Assembly (NCBI GenBank): GCA_951406725.2
Contig: OX597829.1
Span: forward strand, 11,346,001-11,410,000
Source: Octopus vulgaris
Lineage: Eukaryota
Length of the DNA: 64,000 bases
Direction: 5' to 3'
Positions 26,227 to 38,800 of this stretch are shown in pieces (the first letter of the stretch is position 1; each line of letters starts with the position of its first letter). The notes beneath the pieces are model-generated. The model was given only the letters and a program-made list of their open reading frames with translations. It did not search any database and was not told the DNA's origin. Both the position numbers and the translations under genes were made by a program.

Positions 26227-26316
26227 TTTCGGTACAATTGTTTCGTACGAAGACCACCTTTATTAAGGCTGCAAATATTGCAGCAAATACAAGTGACCCG
26301 TACTCGTCAGCCGAAA
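26227..26316 (-). ncRNA. Type-I hammerhead ribozyme with 59-nt branched stem II
   Basis: TTTCGG-CTGACGA-GTACG...CGTAC-GAAA-CAATTG-TA-CCGAAA. Confidence 0.9.
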
Positions 26317-27403
26317 AAACATATGAGTTCTCAAAACATCTAAGGGGGTGAGGCTATACTCTTGAAACATCAGGGATAGTTCTATAAAAATCAGATTTAG
26401 ACAATAAACGGACTTCCAAAGTTCTTTAATGTTGCACAGTCATATAACAGGTTTTAAAAAAGTATTTTAAAAAACCTCTTAGTTTCACAGAAAATGAAAA
26501 TATAAATCCATCCTTAATGAAGTAGGTTTGAATTCTGGAGATATGAGGAGAGATTTCATACTCACACACGATGTATTTATCCATAATTAGTCCATAATAA
26601 AGTGGGTTTCCTGATGTATGATGGTATGCTGGTTGCATTTCTGATCATTTCTCAAAACTGCTATTTGAGAATTAGTTGAAGGAAATTTAGTGGAGCGTAG
26701 AGACAATCACTCACATAGGGTATAATGGGGTAACTGAGAGGGTATAATGGGGTAACTACGCAGAATAGTTTATTTCAGTGGAGACAAACTGACTGGGTCA
26801 GAATTTGCAAGAATCTAAGAGTTTTAAAAAGGAATGCTATTCTTGACCGGTATACCGTTGTTAATTGCTATATAAAGAGGACACGGGAAGGTAAAGGCGG
26901 GTCAAAGGTTGTCACTATAGGAAAAAACATTAACTGATTTCAGTGAAACACTAGAAAGGAGGTCATTTAATTTATTTCTTTATTTATTAATGTTACTACT
27001 TATACATTGGCAGACTTTGGGACTACATTTAGGGGTCAAAAGAAAGAATTGAGAGTATTGTTTTTCATAATGAAAAATCGTTATATTAATTCTATGGGAT
27101 TAGCTTTAATTTACTTATAGTATATAAAGGAATTACGAAGTTTTATTAACTTATTTGCTTTAAGTTGGTTTACCTAAATTAGAAAAAATTTAGATTAAAT
27201 AAATTTAAATTATCTATATAATCTATTAGAATGAAAGTTTTTTAGCAACTAATTTATTTCTTTATGTTCCAAAACTGGTACAATTAGAGAGAAAATAACC
27301 ATAGCTTATGAGCTTGCAGCTATCTATTTAAAATATATAATATATAAGAGTATTGCTTTATTATTATATAGACAAATCACAAAATGGTTTTTATATACGG
27401 TTA

Positions 27404-29500
27404 TCATTTAAAATATTTTAGAGTCTTAATTCTAGCGTGAATACAAGATGGACCCAATTCTATACGGTTATTCAATAAGTCACCATTTCTTCAATGCATT
27501 AGTATTTCAAATGTTTCCATGGAGCAAAGTTGGCAACCAACTCTGTTATTTTTATAAGGCATCACTCTTCTAACTAATTCCCAATTAAGGTTATATTTAA
27601 TATTATTGTTTTTGAGTTCCCAGATCTTACTTGAAAGTGTGGTGCTATCAGCTTTATGACGTAATTTGAAAGAAGAGAGATGGTTGCTAAGACGTTTTTT
27701 GAAATTTATAGTACACCCTAAATAAATAAATTTGCTATTCTCTGTAGTTATGGTACATTTATAGATTACGTTATTTAACCCGCATAGACCAGGTGCCGGG
27801 CATTTTGATCTAATTCTACAGTTACACATAGGGGGATCATTTTCCGATGTGGGATTACTCAAAGATAGATGTCTCATATTCCTGCTATTCAAATCATTAT
27901 TAGTATATTTTTCGCTATTATAGTTAATGCTGCTATCTAAAATAGTGTTATCGTTATTATAGTTAATGTTATTATCTAAAGCAGTATTATCATTTATCGG
28001 TCTTTCTACACTATCATTTAATTCTATAGTCCTACCATAATTACTAACATTATTGGTATTGCTACTATTATTGCCAGTATTAGTTTCCAAATGTATACTG
28101 TTACTATAGATATCATTGTTGTCTTCATTCCCGGTATTTTCCCTATTGGTATTACTCCTATTATTAACATAATTGTTCCTATTTGTATTATTATTATTAC
28201 TAGCTATTCCATAGCTATTGGTTATACCTATGTTATGATAGTTATTATTATTGTGGTTATTATTACTTTCGGTAATGTTACTACAATTGTCATTGGTATT
28301 CCTATTGGTATTATTTAAATTTTTCCTGGCTAGTTTAATGTTATTATTATTAATCTTAGCTATTAAAGTGGACATGTTTGGGAGGGCTGAATAAGAAATT
28401 CTGACCGTTTTTTTAGAAATAATTTTATGATATATATGAGAGGTTGGGAAGTTCTTTTCCAGAATTATTTTGAATCTATTCTGAATATCCGATAGAATCG
28501 CACAGTTGAAAGGAACATTTAGCCACATTATATCCTTCTTATTAAATTTCCTTGAATTAGAATTGGGGTTAGTTGAATCATTCCTACTCTCACCAGAGTC
28601 GTTGTATTTATTAATGTTACTATTTGCATGCTTCTTAGTTTTATCTAAATTTATCCTATCCGAGTTACCTATGTTCTGGTCTATGTTCTTTATTCTTATT
28701 TTCATTTAGATTTGTTGTCACCGTAAATCTACTTCTACTTTTATTTCTGGCGTGATCTTTATTGTTGTTTATGTGGCTATTGTTACTTCTTTTATTAGGA
28801 ATATGTAAGTTCTCTTTATCAATAAAGGTAATTTTTTGGTTGTATCCTGCCTTAGATAACGTCGCATTATAATGCTCCGAATGGGAGTTAAATATATCAA
28901 AATTGGATGATAATTTAGAGATTCTTAAGGAAATATTTCTCACTAAAGTATTAATTACATTTGGGGGATGATGGGATAATTTATTTACGTAACTAGTGAT
29001 TTCGGCTTCTTTTCTAAATGGGTAATGTAGCTTAGAGTTAAGGTCTATCTAGGAAATTGACTATTTTAGTGCCTGGTTCATAGGTTATGCTAAGGTTGAA
29101 ATCTTTAAAGAACCTATTAATTTTCTTTCTAATCCTTTCAATGCTCGATTTATTATTGTTAGGGATAACAAACAAAGCATTATCCCAATATAGACCACCT
29201 TGTAATTCCGGGATCTCCATTTTTATGCATTTTAATAGATATGCGCCTACTAAATTAGTCACCTCAGCCGAATCACTAGAACCCATGGGTATATCGAAAT
29301 TATTAGGGGTGTCTGCTCAGGTCCATAATTTTCCCTCAAACTCTATACATGTTTTTCTAGTACAATGACGATTTCTTCTCTAGATATGAGGGAGCGATTC
29401 ATAGCGAATATAAGTGATTTATTTAACAGAATAAGGGAAATGTTAGAGTAATAGTTATTTATGTCGAATTGAATTTATTAGTATTGGTTAGGGAGTTAAA
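27404..29500 (-). pseudogene. Penelope RT plus GIY-YIG endonuclease (Naiad-type), broken
   Basis: ORF pieces 29038-29286, 28665-28943 and 27491-28705; the frame continues past a TGA into LLNNRIELGPSCIH. Confidence 0.85.
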
Positions 29501-29943
29501 CCATTTTAATACCTCATCGGTATTTATCCATAGACTTAAGGGAAGAAGCGGGGTTATTTGGGGTAGAACAATATATCTGACTTAGTTGGACAAATAAGCC
29601 TTACTAATAATCTGGCCTTTATTCGATTCGACATAAAAAACATTTAGGGGAAATGTTAGTTTTTGATGACTCTGTATAATCTTTGTTTCAGAAAATAATA
29701 ATGGTAGACCCTCAGCTTACTCAAGAATAAGGAGGCATGCTGTTATTGTGGTTATAAAGGCTGAGCATAAAGATTTAATATCTCGATTTTTTAAAGTTGC
29801 CAGATCTTTCGTCTGCAGTTTGTAAGGAGTTAGAGACTGAAGATGGAAATGTGTCCCCAGTATCAAAGCTTAAAAAGACTCTTTCAGTGCCCTTGAAGTA
29901 TTTGCAAAGGGAGTCCATCCCTTCCTCGCAAGCCTGAGTAATA

Positions 29944-29986
29944 CGCACGGACCGGTTTCGAGATTATTGTCTCTCATCAAAGGGCG
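29944..29986 (-). ncRNA. Hammerhead variant UUGAUGA (duplicate of 25393, with intact CCGG stem III)
   Basis: CGCCCT-TTGATGA-GAGA(CAATAA)TCTC-GAAA-CCGG-TC-CGTGCG. Confidence 0.7.
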
Positions 29987-30206
29987 GTCACCACCAGGTC
30001 ACGATGAAAGACAAGGCCTGCTTTGCAAATATATACGAGTTTTTCTAGTGACGTCTGCCACTGATTTCGAAATCCATAATATATAATATATAATATATAA
30101 GAGTTTTTCTAATAGAAAATTTTCGAAATCAGTGGCAGACGTCACTAGAAAAACTCTTATATATTTGCAAAGCAGGCCTTGTCTTTCATCGTGGCCTGGT
30201 GGTTAC

Positions 30207-30249
30207 TGCCCGTTGATAAGAGACAATAATCTCAAAACCGGTCCGTGCG
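30207..30249 (+). ncRNA. Hammerhead variant UUGAUAA with GAAA changed to AAAA (duplicate of 25130)
   Basis: TGCCCG-TTGATAA-GAGA(CAATAA)TCTC-AAAA-CCGG-TC-CGTGCG. Confidence 0.6.
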
Positions 30250-31076
30250 TATCACTCAGGCTTGCGAGGAAGGGATGGCCTCCCTTTGCAAATACTTCAA
30301 GTAGAATACAAAGCCATGTATTCTACTCATTTTGTATACGTTTCTTGGCTGTTGGAGATATGTTAGAACAAAAACCATGCTGACGACATCTAGTGAGGCA
30401 GAAACATGTCTCCACAGTTGTCCTCTTAAATCCAGGCAAGAATCGCGTCCTCTTCCTTAATGGCATGTCAACTTTAGAAAATTATTCTTTCATGAGATAT
30501 TTTTGTCCTTCTCATATGGACCTGTTCTCTGTTGCCATTTAGTAATTATGACACATCCTCGGGGCCGAGATAATTTTAATAAATCAAGGATTTATATTGT
30601 ACTAGCAGAGATACCCGGCGTTGCCCAGTTACATTTAATTGAATAATTAGACTTTTCTGTTACATATATATGGATACACACACATACACATATATGTATA
30701 TTAATATAAATACATGAAAGTACATGAAGTTTGTTAAAAAAAGGGGATCATGTATATACCTCCTGGCTGTTGAGATTATAACACCTCGTTGTAAACAATG
30801 TTCCTTGTTTTTCCTTCTGGAGCATACACAAAAATGTTTCTTTTGGTTCCTACTCTTAAGCAGCCAACATACAGTTGCCCATGCGAGAAGCAGGGCTCTT
30901 CCAAGAGAAGACCAGCTACAGAGAGGGTTTGACCCTGAGATTTGTTAATGGACATGGCAAAGCTGACATGAAGGGGGAATTGCAGTCTTCTGAATGTAAA
31001 TGGGGGGGAGCTCATATCAGTGAGTACCGCATTCATGTGAATTCAACAGAACTCACTTGAATCTTAATTGCTTTTA

Positions 31077-31120
<44 letters not shown>

Positions 31121-31506
31121 GTGTGTATATAAAAGCTGTAAATATATGCATATATACGTTTGTGAATGCATATTTGTCTTTATGTGTGAAAATACCAGTT
31201 GCACTTTTGCGGTTTTTACTGCACCATTCTAACCAACCTAAACTTCGGATTGTTAACGTCCACCCACATGTCGTGTAATAACTGTTATTTTCAGCGTTAA
31301 CTCCATCCCCACCTTCCTAGCCTCCGTACACACACTCATACTTCCACTCCAACAGGCACTCATAGTTACTATTGTAAGTAGATACTTAAACCCTAAGTCT
31401 TCGTCTTATTGTTTGTGAAGGAAGAACTTCACATGACAGAAAAAGAACTTCACATGACGAAACTTCAAGACTCCGTCAATAAATTCTAATATACACATAT
31501 ACTCAT

Positions 31507-32272
31507 ACGAGAGGGTACCAAAAAGAAACCGGAATTTTGAAATACTTAATTCACTCAGTTTTACAAGTTTACACTTTCATCATCTTCAAAGTGTTTTTCA
31601 TCTGAAGCAATGCATGGGTCCGGACACGTTTTCCACTGTCCGAAGCATTGTTGGAATTCTTGCGAAGTGATGCCTTTTAACGCCTCCATCGTTTTTTTTT
31701 TCTTCATCTCATCAAGGAGACCCAGCTAATTTCTTTGAACGTTTCCTAACCCAGGATGAGTGTTGGGTTCATTACTTTGAGCCAGAGACAAATACAATCC
31801 ATGCAGTGGAAGCATCCCTCCACACCTGCTCCAAAAGAAGACCAAGGTCGTTTCATCTGTAGGGAAAGTGAAAGCCTCAGTTCTTTTGGGATGCAAAAAG
31901 CATTACGTTTATTGACTATTTCCAAAAGGGTCACATCATCAACGACCGCTGTGCGCAACTGTGACTTCCAACAGGCAAACTACCCGCCTTTATTCTCCTG
32001 ATTTTGGCCCCATCTGACTATCGTATGTTCCCCAACATGAAAAAAACACTTGGCTGAGAACCAGTATCGCTGTGATGATGACGTCATATCTGCTGTAGAT
32101 TATCTTTTTTTTTAACCAGTAGGATGAGAGTTTCACCACTGGGATCCAAGCGCAGCAACACCATAGGAAGAAGTGTGTAAATCACAGGGGAAACTATGTT
32201 GCAAAATAAACCTCATTTGATCACATTCCATGAGAGCATCTTGGTCAGCCTATGAACTTTTCAGGCGACCTT
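31507..32272. mobile_element. Two fused mariner remnants (3' end of one on -, 3' half of another on +)
   Basis: tacgagaggg TIR-like start; DECWVHYFEPE, QSMQWKH and PPYSPD motifs on +; end ...gaacttttcaggcgacctta does not match the left TIR. Confidence 0.7.
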
Positions 32273-32299
32273 ATATTTATATTGTTTTATATATATTTT

Positions 32300-33480
32300 A
32301 TTGTTTTATTGGTTTGGTCAGAGACTTAGGCGATGTATAATTGGGCTTCTTTTCTGTATTGTTTGTAGAGATGTAGCGAGTTGCATGGAGCTGTTCTTCT
32401 TTGTGTTTCCTTTCGCGATGTGGGTTCATCGGGTATAACAGATAAAAAAAATTGTCCAGATGCTCTTTGTAAACCTCCACATTTACTCCTCACAATCTCT
32501 TAAGCATTTTGGCAGAATTTTGAATAGTTGTGGACCCTTGAAACCCAAGTTGTTACAGTATTGAGTCTTCTAGCGGGAGAAGAAAAGATATTTGATACTA
32601 TGCAGTGTCGCCCAGTGTGGTGATAGGTATAGCTTTCAATTCTGAAGTTGGGAGCTAGACCTTCCAGAATATCCCATATGTATATAACTGCATATCTTTC
32701 ACGTCTTCTCTCCAGTGAGTAGATCTTTAGTTCCTTTAGTCGCTCTCCCAGCAGCTCATCTGTTGCTCCAGTTCAATCTTCTTAATGTAGTGGTACTGGA
32801 TTATCACAAGTTCCATTATCTGCAGTGATTACAGTTGAGAGCAATAATTCAGAACACTGAGAACGAAAGTTCTCCACAGGATCAGCATGGCATCCTTTTT
32901 CCTGGTTCTCTAAATCCATCCAGCTACTCCCCTGTATCTTGGAAATATGCACATGGAATGTTGCAGCATTACTCATGTGGATTCCCATGTCATGTACTGA
33001 CTCTAACTCTGGGATTTCACTACCGCCTGGCCCTGTGATTCCCGATGGTAGTTTGTTTGTGGGCTGATAGTAGAATGTTTGTAACTTCTCAGCATTGAAC
33101 TGCATGTTATTTTCATTAGTCTATATGTATATTACGTTCAGGTCTTTTTGCAGTTTTAGGATATCATCAGGGTCTTTGACTGCCTGTGATACTTTTGTAT
33201 ATTCAGCAAAGCTGGTGAGAGTTGGTTGACTGTATTGGCTAGGGCATGTCTGAGAGAGCCACCACAAGCAGTTGTGGTCCCAGTATAGTTCCCTGAGGGA
33301 CTGATCAGTGCATACTTCCTTCATGACTCCCCAAACAAAGAACCACTGGCTGCAATTGTTCGATTTCTGCCTTTTTGAAAGTTATGCAGATACTCGCCTA
33401 ATTTCCACCGATACCAATGTCATGCAATTTGTGACATACCATCCCATGATTAACTTTGTCAAAGGAAGTGGCAAAGCCGA
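32300..33480 (-). pseudogene. CR1/L2-group LINE RT fragment, heavily decayed
   Basis: QGTILGPQLL, SFAEYTKV (degenerate FADDTK), LQKDL, MQFNAEK, SLERRRER. Confidence 0.8.
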
Positions 33481-33492
33481 TATATATCACAT

Positions 33493-33559
<67 letters not shown>

Positions 33560-33786
33560 CTCAAAATAAGAAACAAGGATATCCAGAGGTAATGCAAAAA
33601 TTACATCAATTTAAAATATAGAGCAATCTTCAGCTGCATAAAAATATAGAATTTAGTTAAATTCAAAGGATTCATTTATATAGGATTCATTTCTTTTTAT
33701 CCAAAAATCACCAAGAAGATAAGTAGATAGACATAGAACATGTTTTATCAACAACATCAAGATATATATATATACATATATATAAA

Positions 33787-33827
33787 ATTTAGAGGATTGT
33801 CCACTTTTAGTGGTCAATCCTCTAAAT
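33787..33827. repeat. Near-perfect hairpin inside a repeat related to 57510-57600
   Basis: ATTTAGAGGATTG-TCCACT-TTT-AGTGGT-CAATCCTCTAAAT. Confidence 0.8.
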
Positions 33828-33910
33828 TTTGTATGTAAAAACATTTTTAATCTTCGGATTTTTTTGCTAGGCCACTGGTTTTAATTGATTAATATCAATT
33901 TCTACCCTTA

Positions 33911-34013
<103 letters not shown>

Positions 34014-34030
34014 TACATATGCATATTTAC

Positions 34031-34101
<71 letters not shown>

Positions 34102-34104
34102 ATA

Positions 34105-35470
34105 TAACGGGAAGCTTTATGAAAATAAACAAAAGACGAAGGCAGGTGGAGTACAAACAAACAATTGTATTAGTATGGCGCTCAGGAATATAAATAAAAC
34201 AAGTCTTTTACGTTTCGAGCCGACTCTCTTCAACAGAAAGGTACACAGAAAAGAAACACGGAGAGAAACAAGGAGAGAAAAAAAATGCGTGCAGAAGCTA
34301 GCGATTCAACATGGCGATCTGATTCCGGCCAGAAGTCAGAGATCAGACGTGAGAGCGAAAGTAGGGGAAATAACAGGGTCAAATGACTTCGCCTCAACAT
34401 AAGGGTGCGTGTGTGTATGAGAGAGTATGTAGTGCGTATGAAAGGTCTGGACGTGTGTATGTATGTATGATGTGATGTGTAATGTCGTATGGTGTAGTGT
34501 AGAGAGAGGAAATGATGGGGAGAGAGGAGAAGGGAAGAGAGATGGGGGAGGGGAGATGGGGTAAGAGGGGGAGAAGGAAAGAGGAGAAGTGGAGAGAGGA
34601 GGGAGGAGGGAGAAGAGAAAAGGTGAGAGTGAGGAAGGTGAGATGAGGGTGAAGGGGAGAGGGGGAGAATGAAAGAGGAGAAGAGGAGGGAGGAGGGGGA
34701 GAAGGGGGAGAAGGAAGGAGAGGAGAAGAGGAGGGGGAGGGGAGAGAGAATGGGAGTGAGGGAGCAGAGAGAAAGAGAGAAGGGGAAGAGGGAAGAAGAA
34801 AGAGGAAAGAAGAGGAGGGAAGAAGGAAATAGGAGGTAAAGAGAGTAGGGGTGAAAAGATGAAGGACTGAAGAGAAGTAGGAGTCGGGGGAGGCTAGATG
34901 AGGAGGGGGGAGAGTTGAGACCAAATGGCGTAAAAGAGCGAAGAGAGAAGATTAATTCCTGTTCACGGCGCAAACGGGAATCCCGATGGCCTCTGTGCAA
35001 GGACAAACCGAACACAGACAGGTGTTGCAAGGAGTGACCGGTGGAGCGGAAATGGCGTGAGACCGGTGTGTCGTTGGCAAGACGGATGTCACGGAGGTGT
35101 TCCGCGAACCGGTCAGCCAAGCGGCGTTCCGTTTGTCCGATGTACAGGGAATGGGAGAGAGAGCAAGAGATGCAATAGATGATATTGTTGGAGGTGCAGG
35201 TGAAGGAGTTGATGATGCAATAGGGTCGATGATGGGTGCCAATAGGGTCGATGATGGGTGGTGTTGGAGAGGTAAGGGCAAGTGCGGCAACGAGGGCGGG
35301 AGCAGGGGAACGAGCCAGGTTGGGAGGTAGGGTCAAGGAAGGAGCTGTGGACCAAAAGGTCTCGTAGGTTATGGGCTCGTTTGAAAGAGGGGAGGGGTCG
35401 GTTAGGGAAGATGTGTGAAGTGGACGGGTCGGACTGGAGATGCCGGAAAGCTCGAAGAATGGTGTGTTGG
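34105..35470 (-). mobile_element. Penelope-like element 3' fragment (GIY-YIG domain, pyrimidine-rich UTR, pLTR)
   Basis: CSRPRCRTC; FTCTSNNIIYCISC..LYIGQTERRLADRFAEH..PVSRHF..REQELIFSLRSFTPFGLN. Confidence 0.9.
34205..34240 (-). ncRNA. Minimal hammerhead motif, core CUGUUGA
   Basis: CTTT-CTGTTGA-A-GAG(AGTCGG)CTC-GAAA-CG-TA-AAAG. Confidence 0.6.
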
Positions 35471-35528
35471 AGAATACATATATATATACATACAAGTGCG
35501 TGCTTCTGTGTTTCACACACACACACAG

Positions 35529-35605
<77 letters not shown>

Positions 35606-35800
35606 TAGATGAATGAATTATCCTAGTATGGATAATTCGGTTAACCGATACCCGGGTAGCAAATTCACGTCAGAAAAACACGTTTGAAGTTACATGCCAA
35701 GGGCAGAGATCACGTGCTTTCGTGTGGAAATTTGTGTGTTTTTTTTAATACAAATAAATGAAAGAATGAAGTTGAACGACGATTTAGCAAAATTCCTTTA

Positions 35801-35883
35801 TTCTCGACATATGTTTCGAAGACTGCATATTCCTAATTTCGAAGGAATAAGGGGTGCATTATGCCGCCTTCTCATCAGGAAAG
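35801..35883 (-). ncRNA. Type-I hammerhead in the inverted pLTR
   Basis: Reverse complement of 39383-39465. Confidence 0.88.
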
Positions 35884-36186
35884 ACAAGGAACTTATGTCA
35901 GCATCATGATGAACAAAAACTTTTAGATGACTGCCCACACGGTGTCCATAGCGATAATTAGTGTCTCTTTAAAATATTCCATTATTATTTAAAAAATCAC
36001 ACAAATTTCCACACGAAAGCACGTGATCTCTGCCCTTGGCATGTAGCTTCAACCGTGTTTTTCTGACGTGAATTTGCTACCCGGGTATCGGTTAACCGAA
36101 TTATCCATACTAGGATAATTCATTCAACTACTTAAATATTCATATACAGTCTCCTTGAGATCGTGCTACCTTAACCGATACCGCAA

Positions 36187-38800
36187 ATGGAGTTGTTCGA
36201 CATTAACGCATCCCTTAAGGGCATACCAATACCACCAAAAGAAACCTTCCTTAAGGAAATTGTTAACAAAACAAATGCATTTATCAACCGCATCAGATGG
36301 CTCGCCTTCTTCCACGATAAGGAGGACATTAAACGGAACAGTATCGACGCCTCTTTCGAATATAAAAAGTTATTTAGGTCGAGGGGAACCCCTCCACCTA
36401 ATCCCAGACTGAAGAAATTTGAAGATGATCTGTGGGACATCGTAAGGGACATTAAATTCCGTAAATAGCCCCTTAGGAATAAACAAATACCTCGATAAAG
36501 TCACCAAAGATATAAACAGATTAGACGCGATCCTGATCCAATCAGATAAAACCGGGAACACATATAAGCTAGCAAAGAACCAGTATTTAGAAATGCTCAA
36601 GAAAGAAATACATAAGAATTACAGGACAACAAATAGGAATACACTCAGACAAGCCAACTTAGAAATTAAGAAAATCATGGAAACGTATGGATTACAAATG
36701 AAAACACAGCCGCTGAACCCCAGACAACCAAGATTCATCGTTAAGGACCATAAACCGAACTTTCATACCAACCCGGCATTAAGGCTCATATGCCCCTCTA
36801 GTTCCGACATCGGTACCCTTAGTAAGTACATTTTAGATGAATACATACCTATATTAATCAATAAGTTAAAACTCAGCTTATGGTCTAACTCCACTCAAGT
36901 CGTAGAGTGGTTTACTTCTATTACTAATAAGGACAACACAAAATTCATACAATTCGATATATCTAGTTTCTACCCTTCGATCAACCCTAATGTACTCAAT
37001 AAGGCCCTATGGCACGCACATAATAAGGCAGGCCTCTCCAGGGGGGAAATTAATGTAATTTTAGCGGCTAGAAAATCTTTCATACAGTTCGATGATATGT
37101 TATAGGTCCGCAGAGATACCCCCAACGCGTTCGTGTACTAATGGGAAGTACAGATAGCGCCCAGATAGCCGATTTGGTCGGAATCTATATTCTCTATGAA
37201 TTGGCCGACCAATTCCCGGACATCTGCGGCGGTCTGTATCGAGACGATTGTCTACTTTACCTACAGAATGCTCCGAACAATAGGATACAGAAGACTAAAA
37301 ACAGATTAGCTAGATTTTTTAGCAGAATGGGCTTGAACATAGTTTTCGACGACGAATTAACTGAAGCCAACTTCTTAGACGTTACCCTAAATCTGCAAGA
37401 TAATTCTTACTTCCCTTATCATAAGCCTTCTACTAATCTTAAATATATCAGCATTTTCAGTAACCATGCCAAAACTATTACCGATAATTTAGTTTTAAAT
37501 ATTTCTTTAAGACTGTCAAAATTATCTGCTACTGTCGACATCTTTAACCAAAAAGCGGAACTTTATAGCGGCGCCTTGTCAAAAGCCGGTTATAGAGATA
37601 AAGTATCATATATCGACCCGGCCCATTCTAAACCCAATATATGCTTCTCAGGATAAGAAAACTAATAACAATAGAAATAGTGTGAATAATAATTTCAGCT
37701 CTAACAACGACGACACCACTATACTTAAGAAAAATAATTTACGGACCAGGGGAGGCAATCGGCAACCAACATCAATTTTTCAGCACAGAAATATTCCCTT
37801 TAATGTAAATGGTAACACTCTGAACAATTCTAAGTCCACAAAAAACTATATCTGGTTTGTCATACCTTTCAGGAAACAAATCAGGTCAAACCTTCCTTTA
37901 CAGTTCCGTGAAGCCGTAGCTAGGAACTTTCCCAGAAATTCTAGGTATTACTCTACTATCAATTCGCATAAGGTAAGGATTGCATTCTCTAACACTAGAA
38001 ATCTATCGCAAATTATTGCATCCCATAATAACAAGCTGCTAAATAAGGATTCATCACCCGGGAGTTACGACACTGCTCTTACCAATTCCAACCAGACATA
38101 CAATAGTAATAACAATAGAAATAGTATTGATAATAGCAACATTCATAGCAGCGTTGGCATTAACAATAGTAATATTAATAATAATATTAGTCGGATTATT
38201 AACAGTGGTAGTGTTAGTAGTAGTAACGACAGCATTTCTAATAACAGTGGTAGTATTGATGATAACAACCCCAGCATTCCTATAGTCAGGGAAATTGCCG
38301 TCGATAGTACAATTAATAGTAATGACAATAATAGGAATAGTATAGTGGTCAATGCTACCAATAATATTAACAGCAATCATAACAATAAAAACTCCGTCTT
38401 AGTCTCGGAGGTAAACCCTAACAGATTAAAGTTCTTGTCCAGCAATTCCAAAATCAGAAATTCCATTTACCAGTGTAAAATTTCTTCCGGTACCGATGTC
38501 TTCTTCTACATTGGGGCTACTACTTCTAAATTAGCCCAGAGGATTTCCAATCATTATTCAACTTTCCGAGATAAGAGAAAACAACAAAGCACAGTAAATT
38601 AGTTTGGCGTCTTAACGACAGCAATATAACTTTCAAGCTGAAATGATCCATATTGTCTGTATCCTTTCCGTTTGATAAGGGCAGAAAATTTTGTGGCGTC
38701 TGTAATTCCGAACTTTTCCATATACTTTTCGCCAAATTCCCTTTTGTAAACTCAATGGTTGAAAAATCCTATAGGTGCATGCACTGGCAGAAACACACCT
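36187..38800 (+). pseudogene. Penelope RT plus GIY-YIG ORF, several stops and frameshifts
   Basis: ORF pieces 36187-36468, 36593-37105, 37141-37656 and 37682-38602, then FCGVCNSELFHI. Confidence 0.88.

Larger units (their letters stand above)
26200..29600 (-). mobile_element. Naiad-type Penelope-like element, 5'-truncated and decayed
   Basis: RT pieces MGSSDSAEV, GGLYWDN (degenerate YRDD), VNFLD; CNC..KCP..GLC linker; GIY-YIG VIYKC..IYLG; 3' hammerhead. Confidence 0.88.
29660..31024 (-). repeat. Inverted copy of 23216-23913 plus 25078-25718 (mini-Helitron 3' end, spacer and pLTR fold-back)
   Basis: Near-identical reverse complement, including a Helitron CTAG end at 30602-30605(-). Confidence 0.93.

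Noticed and set aside
27370-27410. SECIS-like ATGA...AAAA...TGAT after the Naiad-type ORF (minus strand)
   Set aside because: The putative helix-2 arms do not pair.
23216-31024. Single giant TIR transposon (Polinton or foldback type)
   Set aside because: Arms are mosaics of other elements, with no TSD, integrase or polB visible.
33620-33640. CTGAAGA hammerhead core on the minus strand
   Set aside because: No downstream GAAA or stem III.
38644-38646. In-frame TGA in the second Naiad-type ORF as selenocysteine
   Set aside because: Aligns to the Trp of LNWEL in the other copy, so it is a TGG-to-TGA mutation.
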